From the human T2T-CHM13v2.0 reference genome, Homo sapiens, in the NCBI RefSeq assembly GCF_009914755.1, contig NC_060933.1: a stretch of 64,000 nucleotides of DNA; one strand, 5' to 3'. This document shows, one piece after another, positions 40,041 through 55,443 of the stretch. The notes below the pieces were generated by a model. The model was not told the DNA's origin. It did not search any database and was given only the letters and a program-made list of their open reading frames with translations. The first letter of the stretch is position 1. Each line of letters begins with the position of its first letter. The translations under genes were made by a program, and so were the position numbers.

Positions 40041-42068
40041 CTATAAAAGATAAAATGATGATGTACTTCACATCCCTTTCTCAATTGATTTTAGCAAGAA
40101 AATAAATCCCCAGAATAAACTCGCCCCATTCTCTTTTTCAGCAGAACATTGAATAGCTTCCTTGCTTAAAATCCTCAGAAAGCTCTTCCACAGTTTTTCT
40201 TATAGAAAGATTTTGGGTTTTTTTGTTTGTTTGTTTGTTCATTTTAAACTAGCCACATCCAGACTATTCCTTGAAAAGTCTTCTAGCTCAGTAACTGGTG
40301 CCAGGGTGGGGCTGGGATATTCCCCTTTGGCATTAGTGCCATCCGCTAAAAATCTGGGCTGGGAGCACAGGCATCTCATTCTATGCCATGGTGCAGGGGA
40401 TCTGTTTTGACATGGACAGCCAGATGTGTGTGAGTGTCTGTTTAGGACTGGGACTCATACTCTGCAGTGGACCAAAAGGATTGTTCATTCAATGGTGCTG
40501 CGGATGGTTAACAGAACATGAGGGCCTAGGAATCCAAGAGAGAGGTGGACTTCTCTCTTAGGTTGTCGGCTTGAATCCCATTCTGCCTCCAAACAGATGC
40601 AAATGACACAGACTTTCAGGGTATGGGAATGAATGAGATGGAAGACTGCAAGTGACATACTATTCAGGATGCCTTGTCCCACCCAACCTTCTTCCAAACC
40701 TGGGATTGAAATGGCCCACCCCCCAGTTCAGGGTTGGTTCTAGCTCTGGAAACAGTGAAGTTTAAACAAGCCAGTGCCAATACAGGAACAAGGTGCTTGA
40801 GGCCTACATCTGACCTTTCGTGTGGTGTCCAGCATAAGTGGAGAGGAGTAGTAGAGAGAAAAAGACATCCTTCCCTTTCTTCGCAGGCCCACTCAGATGT
40901 CCCAGGCCTGGATGGCAGCATTATGCCCACGGGAGCTTGCGTATGCTATGTGCTCAGTGAACCTCACAATTGATACAATAACTTATTCTAAGGGAGCTGT
41001 AAGAGATGCCAATTTGATGTCACCTGTATTACATAGGAATCATTTAGCGAATTCCACAGTAATCCAGACTGTCACTGAGCAGCGGATCTCAAAGAGTGCT
41101 CACCAGACCAGCAGCACTGGCATCATCTGGAATGCCAGAAATGAAAATTCTCAGCTGCCTCCCCTTAAGTCCCACTAAATTAGGAACTCTGGGTGTGCAG
41201 CCCCCAGCTCACTTCATCGATTCATATTACCTATCTGACTCTTGCACTTGATAAACATTTTGTATTTTTCTGAACAGAATACTTGGATACAATTTACTTA
41301 GTCACATTTGCTCTTACGATTAGTTTGCAAAGAATAATGAAGCAAAACTATAAAAATATTAACAATGACATTAGGATATACATTGTATATATGTAAAACC
41401 AAAGTTTTAGAAGCCCATATACCAACTCACCTGTAATGCCCTTTGTAGGTGTTCACAGTAGGTGTTCATGGTCAGAAAAGGAGACTGCAGTACTCCATAT
41501 CTCAGGAAATGTTTGCAAAACATGACACTCAAAATCAGAGTTCATTGATTACTTGCAATATACACAGGCCAGGCTTCTAAGTAGCATCCGAGCTACAAAG
41601 CAGTGTTTTGTTTCACTCGTCAAGAGCCCTTGGAGCTGACATTTCCCTTGCAAAGCATGAGCATGCTGATAGATAAAGGAAGAATATTTTCTCCAAGGCC
41701 TCTCTCAGAGGCCCACTGAGTGTGTGGAAAGTTTACAGACCTCCATCTGACTGTTGGCTGGGTTTGGTTGGGGCCTATAATCTGGATTTCGTCCCTGTAG
41801 GCACCAGTTAGCTTGTTTGGAAGCAGATTCGGGATTGTTTTCCCAGCCAGTTTCTGGCATGCTGGCTGTTAGGTCCAAATCTTGGGCCAAGGATGGGTAC
41901 ATGACTAATATTTCACATGTTCTAAGATGATCACTCCCAGGCATCCCCCTTGTTTCTGGAACAATGAAGTCAAATCTGTCCAGCAAACATGAATACCACA
42001 TGTTCTGATACTTAGGGCCACTCTGGAAAGTCACCCTGATGAATTCTAAAAGTCTGCTTTTCCTCTAG

Positions 42069-42205
42069 GATTTTTGATGATGGCCGCTGTGTTTCGAACT
42101 GCCCCTCATGGAAATTTGAATTTGAGAACCAATGCCATCCATGCCACCACACCTGCCAGAGATGCCAAGGAAGTGGCCCTACCCACTGCACCTCCTGTGG
42201 AGCAG
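42069..42205 (+). CDS. PCSK5: PCSK5 isoform B coding exon (22), Cys-rich repeat
   Basis: ctgcttttcctctag|...|gtgaga; 137 nt, phase 2 to 1; (R)IFDDGRCVSNCPSWKFEFENQCHPCHHTCQRCQGSGPTHCTSCGA(D). In frame with the previous exon. Confidence 0.95.
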
Positions 42206-43429
42206 GTGAGAGACTGCTGCTCCTCCGTCTTCTGGACCCCAAACCTCTTCCTCTTCTGATGGCCATCATTTGGTTTGACCCAAAAGCCTTGTGTCTGGGG
42301 CTGAGGGTTAAGATCAGACAGCTGTTCACTGGAGAGCGTGTACAACCTTGAACTTTCTGCTTGCTGTCAGTACACAAAAAGCTTGTTCACCTTATTCGGG
42401 TGTAGACTCGGTGCCCTGGAAAAGATGAGAAAGCAGCTAAGAGATGCCTTTCCAGAGAAGGAGAGAGAAGGACGTAGAAGCATGAGGTCAGACATGAGAT
42501 AGACAGTGAAGTTAAGATTTGTGGAGGTAAAAGTGAAGACCTGGGGAATTAAGAAAGACACGTTCTGTCTTTAAGGGAAGTATGCCACTTAGAAGTTGCC
42601 AGAGCTCGGCAGAGCAAGGTCATCGTTTCAAATGATTACAAATGTGACCTTTTGTGTCCCAGATTTACCTGCACTAAAAGTTTCCTGCTGTCATTGGATT
42701 CTATTTCATGCTCTCAAGGGTTCTCTGCATTCTGACCCTTGACTCCTTTCCAGCCTCAACTCATATGCCTGTCCCCTACCGACCTCATGTGGGCCAGATT
42801 CATATTTTATTTTTTTCTATATACTACTTTTTAAATTTGAGTCAAATTTAAAAATTGGGACATTGCAAATAAAAACTTGAGGGTTTAATGTCTCTTGAAA
42901 ATTCAAAAGATCTGCCAACACTGGACCTGCATTTCCCAAATCATTACCTGGAGTCCAAAAGAGGCTGCTCTCCATCTCTCCCCAGTCCCCACCATTCCCA
43001 GTTGTCTCACTGATCCTGAGGCTGTCAGTTACCAGCATCATCATCCTTACATCATTTTTCTGGTGGAAGAGAATTATTGATCTTTATTCTTCCTTGAAAT
43101 AAACCAAGAAAAATGAAGAACACATTGAGAGTACCAGGCATTTGCAGGAGATCAGGAGATAACACATTTCTGTATATAAATTCATTGCTTTGTGTTTCAT
43201 GTGTCAAAACATGACAAATATCTGTCATATTTTACTTCTAGACTGCCTTATTCTGTTTCCTTCTTCATCTACAAGGTGATGATAATGCTTACTTCTTTAA
43301 GAGTTTTTATGAAAATTAAATGACATGAAATGAGATAAAACAATAAAGCATTTAGAACAGGGCTAGCCACATGGTGAGCACTTGGAATATTAACTGTTTT
43401 TATTTTTATTATTATTACTGTTATTGTTT

Positions 43430-43790
43430 GTAGCTGCTTAGTCTTTTGAGCATTTGAGTTTCTCTTGCTCCTAAGACTTCATTTGAGATGTTTCCTCTTC
43501 TCTGGCTGATGTCTTCCTATTCCATCTTAGTTTCAACATCATTTCCTCAGTGAGGGCTGCCCTAACCTCCTTGCCTAGATTAGGCCTTCACATCAGCAAC
43601 CTGGGAACGCTGCACTTCCCCCTTCATGAGCCTCAACACATTTGATGTCTATTTGGTCCATAAGTTTCTATGCCCCATAAGAGCATGGCATGGTTTCTAC
43701 CTTGTTTCTGCTGTATTTTAAGCATCAGCACAGTGTCTGGTATATGGAAGGTTCATAATAAATAACTGAATGAATTAATGAATGAATGGT
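43430..43790 (+). mobile_element. L2 3' end flanked by MIR fragments
   Basis: agcacagtgtctggtatatggaaggttcataataaataactgaatgaattaatgaatgaat. Confidence 0.65.
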
Positions 43791-46015
43791 TCAATGGAAG
43801 GAATGTTAAGACCAGCAGTCAGAAAATGTGGGTTCAAGTCCCGCCTTTGTTACTGACGAGAAGGTACTAAACCAGTCACTTCACCTCTTTATGCCTCTTC
43901 TTATTTGCAACAAAAAAAAAGAAGAAGAAGAAGAGAAAGTACAAGATGGCATCCAAAATCACTTTTACATCTCCATATATAGCACAAAATTAGAAAGAAG
44001 TTTAGATACCAAACAAATGTCTAGTCTTCTAAGCATCCTACAACTACTTGGACCAATCTACCTATAAATGCACTGACATTTCTTCTATTTTTTTTTCTAT
44101 TTGAAATTGTGTTTAATCCATTATCTTAAACATTTATTGCATCCCTTCTATTTACAAGTTACTATGCCCTGAATGCCAGAGAAAATGAGATAAATGATAG
44201 CATGATACTCATGTTCAAGGAATTACAGTCTAACAAGGAGGTTTGTCCTCATATGTTACAAAACAAGAAAATAATAGATGAAGACCAAATGCATGGTAGA
44301 AATCCTATCCCAGATCAGAGAAGCAGCATCACTTCCAGCTGTAATGAGCAGAGAAGGCTTCCTCGAGGTGGGGTGTTGTTTACCAAGCCCTGAGGTAGCT
44401 CTGCCTCCTTGAGAGTGTGATGTCCTTAAGAAGCATTAGTGAAGCAAGTGTAGCAGAGACCTTGATAACACAGTGCTGAAGAAGATGGATGACTTAATTG
44501 AAGAAGTTCCATATCCATAAATGGAAGCTTTAATAAAAGGCTAAAAATCCTCCAGCCGGGGTGTCCCATCAACCTTCATAAGCCCCTCCTACCAATTTGT
44601 AGAGATTGCATCCCTTGTTTAATTGTGACTTCATTAAGGTTTAGGTATGATGCCTCTTGGAAGTGTACATCTCCAGCTATATTGCTGAGGATTCACTCCA
44701 ATTCTCTTCCAGATTTATTCACTACCAAACTACTCAAAGCTAAATTCCATCAATCACACAACAGCTACAGTAAGCAAAATGTGGTAGTCAACTTCATCAA
44801 GTTTATTTTCAGAATCCCTGCACCTTTCTTTTATCCTTTCCAGCAGTCCTTTTCGCCTCATGCCTTCAACCCTCACCCTTTCTTTTCTTCTATGGACATC
44901 CAATATCATCATGCTGGTCCACTTTCTCACCTAACAGAATCAGCTGCCAAGAAATGCTCTGGTAAAAGTGAATTACTCTCCAGAATAAACAAAAGCCAAT
45001 CCAAACTCTTGTCCCCTATTATCCCATTTGAACTCTTGTCGCCTGTTTTCCCAGGAAAGTTTTTGGTGCCTAACAAAAGTATCAGCCCTTCTACCACTGG
45101 AAATAGCTTCGTCTACATACTATTATAATAATTTAAAGTCGAAGACCCTGGGCAAGTAGCCAAAAATTTATGCATGGTATTTAAATTTCTGAGCTATCCA
45201 AATTATCATCCATAACTAATTGAGCAGGGCTACTCAAAATCTGACCGAATCTTGACATAGTCCTGGACCAAACCTGTTGGAAAAGCTGGTCATGGCCAAG
45301 GCATCTAAGTGACCTCCCTTTGTAGGTCTATGTATTTTAAACACTGAGACCCCCTGAAATCTCTGTTCTTTAAACCCAAATTATAACACCCAAAGAGGCA
45401 CCTCAATAAAGCCATGTCCAAACAATAAAAATGGGATTGAAGAACACTTCCTTCTAAATCTGGGCCCGTCGTTGCTAATTTTTAAGATTGATGATCCAGT
45501 TGGATATAGGGGAAAAATTGAATATTGCCAAATTCCACAAATACATATTTAGAGCCTTAGACTCCCTCTAAGCATCTGGATCCTGAGTTGATGTCTTGTG
45601 AAGGTGCAGGGGATGGAGAAGAGGTAGACTTCCTCACTGCTCTCCCTCAAATCTTCCTACCTACACCAGAGAAATTGGGGAACTCTGAAAAAAAGATTTT
45701 TTTCTGAATGAGTCATGGTGGATGGAAGTGGCATTTGCAACGGTTTCATAAAGTGGCTGAGAACATAACTTGGAAGGATGACCCTCTTGTGATCTTCAGA
45801 GATTCCAGGTTCCACCAGATCAGAGTCTTGTGCTCCACAATGTTGATCGATAGCTATAGAATCACCAAATGCACATTAGTCCTTCCAAACCCTCTTCTTT
45901 CCTTAGAGGATAATCTCTTCTATGTCTAATTTAGAAACAGCAGAATATTTTCTTCCACCACCTCTGTGGAAGCCCTTTTTATTTTCTTAGTCCTATGGGA
46001 ACCAGTAGCCTTCTA

Positions 46016-46390
<375 letters not shown>

Positions 46391-47240
46391 AAATGTATTT
46401 CAACTATGGCTTTGAATAAATAAGAAATATTATGATAAATGATGTGAAAGTGCCATGCTCACAGGTAAAAAATAGTTAAATATCGGCAATTTCACGTGGG
46501 TCAATTTAACATTATACTGACTCTCAGTTTCTGCACTTGCAACATGGGGTTAGTGCTATCTTTATCCACAAATTCAGCAGCCTTGCATCTTGAAGGTCAA
46601 TGATTCTGGATCTCCATGTGGTAGATCACATGACGAATGAACCCTAGACCCCGGTTATTCTGAGTAACACAGATCAGCTGCTCTTCAGAGGCAGGGACAT
46701 GTGGGAAATCTGATTCAGAGAAGATGGATACCCCGAGCACACTCAGCACAAAAACTCCGGGAGGGTGGGAGTAGGAGACCTCTAGATGCATCAGTAGTCA
46801 TCTTATTGTTGTTTTTGTATTCCTAACGGATTAGAATCCTTTGTAACTAATTGTGATGCTTTGTAACTAGTTAGACTTTTTCATTCCCTCCAGAAACAAA
46901 TTCCCATGGTCTGTTAGGCTGTGGGCACTGCTGATTCTTTCCTTATAGAATCCAATGTTGACAAAAGTCAGGAACCCTCAGGAATGCACGTAAAAGAGTC
47001 AAAGAAGTGTGCTTGGTCTAGTGCTTCAATAAGCTTGTCATTATCGGCATTGGCAGCTCTGCAGAAATTCAGACCTTAGATGGTTAACGCAAGCATGTGA
47101 CCGATAACAATTCAAAATCATTTTAAAAGATTGCACTTTCATAAAAAGTGTCGATCATTATGCATGTGTTTATTCTCATGGGCTCTCTATAGCCCCCAAG
47201 TCTGAGAGCTTTCACAGATACCAAAAGGAGCCTTTGGGAA

Positions 47241-47289
47241 AGTTAAACACATTTTGAATTGTAGTTAAACACAATGTGAATTGTAGTTA
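47241..47289. repeat. 22-bp tandem duplication
   Basis: agttaaacacattttgaattgt / agttaaacacaatgtgaattgt / agtta. Confidence 0.85.
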
Positions 47290-47564
47290 TTCACAGAGCA
47301 TTGTTTTGCAATGACATCCCAGATAGTAGTCGCTGTTCACTGAAATATATAAAATATTGGAAAATAATTCCCTGCAAGGAAAACTTCTCAACTACAAGGA
47401 TGTAGCTATTGCACTTTTCATTAAATCCATCCTTACACCCCTCATCCACTAGGAAAAAAAAGCACTCAGTCGCATCTTTTTAAAATATAATATCTTACAT
47501 TATAATAGCTTCATGGCTAACTTTGTACATTTTCCCTCTTTTCGTTGCCCCTGTAACTGATCAG

Positions 47565-47771
47565 ACAACTATGGCCGAGAGCACTTCCTGTACCAGGGAG
47601 AGTGTGGAGATAGCTGCCCAGAGGGCCACTATGCCACTGAGGGGAACACCTGCCTGCCCTGCCCAGACAACTGTGAGCTTTGCCACAGCGTGCATGTCTG
47701 CACAAGATGCATGAAGGGCTACTTCATAGCGCCCACCAACCACACATGCCAGAAGTTAGAGTGTGGACAAG
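47565..47771 (+). CDS. PCSK5: PCSK5 isoform B coding exon (23), Cys-rich repeat
   Basis: Pyrimidine tract ...tgatcag|...|gtaagc; 207 nt, phase 1 to 1; (D)NYGREHFLYQGECGDSCPEGHYATEGNTCLPCPDNCELCHSVHVCTRCMKGYFIAPTNHTCQKLECGQ(G). Contains an N-H-T sequon. Confidence 0.95.
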
Positions 47772-48018
47772 GTAAGCCTGCTCCTGGGCCCTTGCCCAGC
47801 ACCCGAACATGGGAGGAGGGGCTGCACCCTGGATGTCCTGGAGACTTGAATTGCCTTCCTGGCTTGCATGTCAGCACTTGGGATGATTTTGGGTGACTCC
47901 CAACCCTAGTGGGGAGAGAGGTAACTTTCTCTCTCCCTCTCTGTTCACACACCCTTTCTCTGGGTTTCCTCAGATATAATCCAAGGTCATAGGAATGCAC
48001 TGAAGTGTATAGAAAATT

Positions 48019-48444
<426 letters not shown>

Positions 48445-49220
48445 TTACTAGACATGAGACCCTAGGCAAAACTCATCTAATTTGCCCATGCCTTGGTGTC
48501 TTCATCTGTCAAAGGAAGAGCACAGCATCAAGACAGAGTGGCTTTGAGAAGCCAGTGAGGACCAGCCTAAAACCACTTGAAAATATTAAAATGTTCTGTG
48601 AATCGTATGTGTTATTGTTATTGCCCAGTTTCTTATCTTTTATGGGAAGAAGGAAATTAAAAAACAACACTTATAGTTTCGGCTCTCTTCTATGTAAGAA
48701 TGCCACGGACTGTTATTGCCCTGCTCTGTATAAGAATTATGCCCGGTCTGGTGCTGAAGAGAGCTCCAAGACATTTTTAGCATAATTAAGACACTCAATT
48801 CTGTTTCTCCTTAATGTTTATGAATGTAGTAAAAGATTTTAAACTTTTTAAAAAAGTGTTTAGTAGCACAGATAGAAAGAGAAAAAGAACCTGTTCATTT
48901 ACATACCCAATTCCATTTTCCCAGAAGCAGAGCTGGCTTCTTTAATAAATAAAATCAATGAGCTTGACTTCAAAATGAGCTGCATGGCATATGGTCCAAC
49001 CTGGTTCTCTTTGTACCCAATCAAGCTGATTCAATCTATTCAATTAATAGAAGGAGATTAAAAAGTAGAAACCACATATATCCTCGAGGACGGTTTTGGG
49101 CTTCATAATTGCTCTATGATTTACTTTAAAATAAGCTACACACGAACATATTTTTGTAGCAATTAACGTGTCTCCACTCAATGGAAATGAGTTGTGTTTT
49201 TCACTTCTCTGTCTGTGTAG

Positions 49221-49289
49221 GTGAAGTCCAAGACCCAGACTATGAAGAATGTGTCCCTTGTGAAGAAGGATGTCTGGGATGCAGCTTGG
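49221..49289 (+). CDS. PCSK5: PCSK5 isoform B coding exon (24), Cys-rich repeat
   Basis: ttttcacttctctgtctgtgtag|...|gtatgt; 69 nt, phase 1 to 1; (G)EVQDPDYEECVPCEEGCLGCSL. No further exon was recognised in the remaining ~14.7 kb. Confidence 0.93.
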
Positions 49290-49688
49290 GTATGTCCTCT
49301 TCCTTTGTCACCTAAAGAGTTGAAATAGCTAAGTCCTTTTCCACACATCTTCATCCTGTCATTGCCCCAGCAGGCACTCTTGTCATTGCTGTCAGCCTCA
49401 GTGACACCATCAACGTCTTAAGTAGGCTTTCTTCAATACAAACAGGATCACTGTGAGGAAATACTTGCTTTTGAAGCAATGAATGGGTTTCTTGTCTTTA
49501 TGAAACTCAAGTTTAGAAAAGGAGGCCATGGCACCTTTTCCTCTGGTTGTCAATGAGTTGTTGGGGCTTACTGACCAGCAACCGCATTTCAGGTGCCTGA
49601 GACTCAGCCTCTCCTTAGCTTCTCAAGGTGACACATTTGGAAGATTAACAGTGAATGAACTCAAGCAAAGAAATGCCTAATTCCTCTA

Positions 49689-50187
<499 letters not shown>

Positions 50188-50465
50188 TTAATTCAAGTCA
50201 GTGGCTCCTTCTTTCTTCCCTTCTCACATGCCTGCAGGAGATGATGGAGACAGTTTGTTAACCACATGGCACCATTGCATTGGCGATAAAATGAAAAATA
50301 GGGAGGTTACTGAATTCCAGGATTGTTTCTTAATGTACGTTTAGGCAACATATAAAAAATAATTAGCATGTGTGATCTTTGAAAGGAAACTCAACTGAAA
50401 AGTTCATGGAATAATTTGTCTTCATGGAACTTCCATGAAGCCCTGGGATTGGTTGACTAATCAAC

Positions 50466-50627
50466 CACTGAAGCTTCTAAAACTTCAACGTGGGCACAAA
50501 TCACCTGGGGAATTTGTTGAAATGCAGATTCTGATTCACTGATCTAAGGTGGGCCTGAGGATTTGTGTTTCTGACAAGTTGCCCAGTGAGGCTAATGCTG
50601 TTCTATAGAACACTCATGAAGTTACTA
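50466..50627. mobile_element. MER5A fragment
   Basis: aatcacctggggaatttgttgaaatgcagattctgattc...tttctgacaagttgcccagtga. Confidence 0.7.
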
Positions 50628-50689
50628 GGGGTAAGATTGTGCCAGAATAAAGCAGACTTTTTATTTGCCTTACCCAATGGATTTTCTTA

Positions 50690-50870
50690 ATTTTTTTCTT
50701 ACTAATACATAATAGTTTTACATATTTAGGGGATACATGTGATACTTTGATATTTGCATATGATGTGTGATGATCAAGTCAGGGTAACTGGTATATCATC
50801 ACCTCACACATTTATCATTTCGTTGTGCTAGGAATATTCTAAATCTTCTCTTTGAGCTAATTTGAAATTA
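50690..50870 (-). mobile_element. L1MA 3' end
   Basis: atacataatagttttacatatttaggggatacatgtgata...gatcaagtcagggtaactgg. Confidence 0.8.
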
Positions 50871-52494
50871 ATACTTAAATATTATATATGAATTATAATT
50901 TATATTGTGGCTATCACCACCACTCTTTGCCTTAAATGGAAAAGATACATTTTCTATAATATCTGTAACTAGAAAATACAGTTTCTGGAAGCTTAAATAC
51001 CATTGCCCCATTATCTTCCACTATAAAATGATGCTTATATTACTGGATAATAAAATCTCATAATAAAGTTAATAAACACTTAAGAAGAAGATAAAATTTA
51101 GAGTCAGATATTTAAGGGTAAAATGCTAATTACCTGGGAAGCAAAAAATAAACCTAGGCATAAATAATAAAAGTACTGAAGTAAAAAACTATAAGCAAAT
51201 TCCAGTGTCTGTCTCATGTGAAGTGATAGAAGATGAGTTTGCACAGAGCAATGATGAATGTTTTGATTATCTTGATTTCACTGTTTGCCCATTTCAGATG
51301 TATTTTCCCATTAAGTTTCACACCCCAGCTAATTTCTGTGGTCTTCTCTGGCATCTTTGCTGTTGTGTGTTGTGTGCCCATACTAGCATCTTTGTGCATC
51401 TTGGAGGCGGGTTGTGTGTAATCTAAAATCTGAGGTTTGGGCTCTCTTGGCTCTGCTCAGTGATGAGAGTGGGGCAAGTCTACCCAGCAAGATACACATA
51501 GAGAAAAGAAGATCTTCCTTCCATAGCTTCAAGACACCTTGACAGGAATGTATGAATGTGTGTGAACTCCTTCAGGTTCAGTGAGGATCTTATCATGGAG
51601 GTGGGAACAGTGACAAGAAAACCATGGTCACTAGGTGTTCGCATTGGCCTCATTCTCCACTTAGCTGACCCAGCTAAAGATGAGACCAAGGGGAAGTCAC
51701 TGGAAATGGACTCCACAGCAGACACTGACCCTCTGGGGACTCAAAATCCAAAAGACACACCTTGCAAAAAAAGATAGATTAGGAAGTTTGATTTACTTGA
51801 TTTACTTTACAAAGCACTATTAAGCTCTTCAGTCCATTCATTACTTAAGAAACTTTGTCTACTGTGTGCTGAGTGCTCGCCTTGATGGGGAGAATTTCAA
51901 AGGTGATATGGCTGTGATCCTACTATAAGGGATAGCAGGATCTGTCCCAAGTGATACACCTGGAATGAAACCTCTTAGAAGACAACCTGCCAGAGTAGAG
52001 ACAGGTATAAAGTGCAGTGACACCACCAGAAAGGGTGACAAGACCATTCTAAATACCTCTAATTTCTCATTTTAAATTCTAAAATGCCCTTAATTTATAA
52101 TATCTGTATGTATTGGGCCTCATTTATTCTTGGATAGACTTGGCTGAACCCAATTGTCACCTTATTTCTGAACCCTTTGTTGATCTCTCCAATAGAATAA
52201 ATTCTCCCTTTTCTAGTTTCCCTTTGTTAGGCCAGCGAGAATACCTTTTAGAGGTGACTAGTGTAATATTTGCTATGTATACACCTTTCTGCCTGGACAC
52301 TAAACTACCTGAGAACAAGCTCTTTGACTTATATGCTCTGAACTAGCAGAGTGCCCAGGACATAATAAATATGAATTAATGCATGAATGTTTGTTGAATT
52401 GAATTTGAGAATTGCCCAAATTCAAAGCAGAGATGAATGGCTTAGGATACCCAGGGTCTTAGATTTGCTGTTTTCTCTAATCAAACTTTGTTTA

Positions 52495-52859
<365 letters not shown>

Positions 52860-54656
52860 TGATTTTTCATGAACTATTAGAACTATAAGGAAGCTTTGAT
52901 CAGACCATGGTTTAAGTTTTATAATTTTAAAGAGATAAATACAAACTTGAAAAATTTGAATAATTTACTATAGATTTCCCCAAGATTCCTCCTGTGAGAA
53001 GGGACATCATCCTTTGGAGAGAACTTAACTTTATTCCATTTTAATAATGTAGATTCACCTCTGGGCCAGGTCTAGACGATCTCTAGGGGAGTCAGAGAAA
53101 AGTGAAATCAGTTATTGTGAGACATTTCATCTACATTATGTAATAATTAGCTGTTGAAAATCCTGGGGTTTTTTTTTTTTTTTTTTAGCTTTGTATTCCT
53201 TTCCAGCTATTTAGTGAACATTAATATCTATCTTTTATACCTAACAAAAAAAACCCTCAAATTCCAGATTAACTAGAATCTCATCTATTTCCTGGGTGGA
53301 CCTAGCTATCTGTTATTCCAAGGAAAGATTACCAAAAAGGGGGCAGAAAACTAAACTCATGACCAAAAATGATTGTTTCGTCTGGAAGAAAGTGTTGAAT
53401 TAAATACTTTGAGACGAAATAAGGATTTTTTAAATTATGAGATTCGATTTCTCTTCTTTGTCAAGTTGTAAACAAATAGATAACATTTTATATAATACTA
53501 TTCTGCTCCAAGAATATTTGATGTCAATTCTTTCTCTTTCTAACCAGTATCCTGAATGGAAATTTTAACTACTAAGATAAATCTAAGTTTTAAATTATAT
53601 TTCTTCACTAGCTGAGGATAGAAGTAAATGGAGTAACTTTTACCTAATGTTTTGAGGCACATTTTTTGTTTGTTTGTTTGTTTTAATTTAGGGAATGTAG
53701 CAATAGCTATGACTCTTAACTATAACCTGAGATCCAGACATCTTAGATTATATACCATTGACTTGATGATTGATTTTAATCAAATTACATAAGTTGTTCT
53801 TACTTTTCTACCTCATCAATAAATATAGTGGTTAATGTGCCCTTGTTTTAACTTAGAAAGAGATCATGAAAATGTATCGGTATTTGCAGATTGAAATGGC
53901 TGTCTCCACTCTTGGGATAAAACATATCCAAATTTAAAAATTGTAAGGAATTGCAAAAAAAAGAGAAAGGCTATATAAATTCACTGCCAAATAAGGGGAC
54001 AAATATATGCACCAAAAGGATTTTTTAAAAAAAGAGAACCTCTGGGCACTGAAGTGTTCAAGGAAGGCTTTTAAGAAGATGGGAGTTGAGGTGAACATTA
54101 GTGTTTACATAGAATTTAGACAGATAAGAGAGAAGAGCTGTACTATAGGGGGTCTTTATATTTGGACAATAGCAGGAAAAAAAGGCTTCTGCTATGGATT
54201 TTGAGACACCAAGTATACTAATTTTGCAGAAGGAATGAGGAAATATAAGGAAATAGGCAAAGAGAAGTTTGGGGAAGTGGTTGAAAACAAAATCTTGAAT
54301 TCCAGACTAATGAGGTTAAAAGTATTCTGTGACTAAAAGAGAATCATTGAAGGTTCTTCTAAAAACAGAAGTGGGAGAGTGGGTGTCTTGAAGGGGGTAT
54401 TAAGAAGTTAATTTGGTTATTGCGTTAACTGTGTTCAGGATAATTAAAGGGAGAGAGGCTTTAGTAGATAAACCAGCCAGAAGACTATTTCAGAAATCCA
54501 GATATAAAATAAAGCAGACAAATCTAAAGTGATAGCCAGGAAATTATGAGGACAGAGGGAGAGATGTTTTTAAAAATCACATGAAACAAATGGCCTTCAA
54601 GCATAAGAAAAAGATGCTTGTTCACTGTATGGGAAATGCAAATTAAAACTGTGAGA

Positions 54657-54990
<334 letters not shown>

Positions 54991-55443
54991 CTAATTTATC
55001 AGACTGGCAAAAATTCAAAAGCTTACAAGTTCTATAGGCAAGGTTGTAGGAAAGCAATCACCACTGTTATTGCTTCCTGGTGGGAAGACAAAATGGTACA
55101 ATGGCTGTTGAAGGAAATTTGGCAGTATAACACAACTCCATATGCATTTACCCTTGGACCCCACAACACCCCTTCTAGGAATTTACCCTGGTGACATACA
55201 TCCTCAGATTCAAAACAGCATATTCACCATGCTATTTATTGTGGTGTTACTTGTGGTAGTAAACTATCAGAAACAACCTAAATGCTTGTCCATGGAAGAC
55301 TGGTTGAATGAATGGGGTACATATACACAATAGAGCACTCTGCAGCTACCAAAAGAGCAAAGACGATCCGTATGAACTGATGGTGATTTCATGACACACT
55401 GTTACATGGAAGGCAAGGCACAAAGGTACACATAGTATGCTAC

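Noticed and set aside
44625-45128. 167-aa ORF
   Set aside because: Non-ATG start, Ser/Phe/Pro-biased composition from pyrimidine-rich DNA, no splice signals or recognisable domain.
49219-49226. AG|GTGAAG at the exon 24 acceptor as a recursive splice site
   Set aside because: The regenerated donor is a poor U1 match and the upstream intron is short.
53704-53726. ctatgactcttaactataac, resembling rRNA homing-endonuclease target sequences
   Set aside because: Short, gapped similarity with no flanking rDNA homology; consistent with chance.
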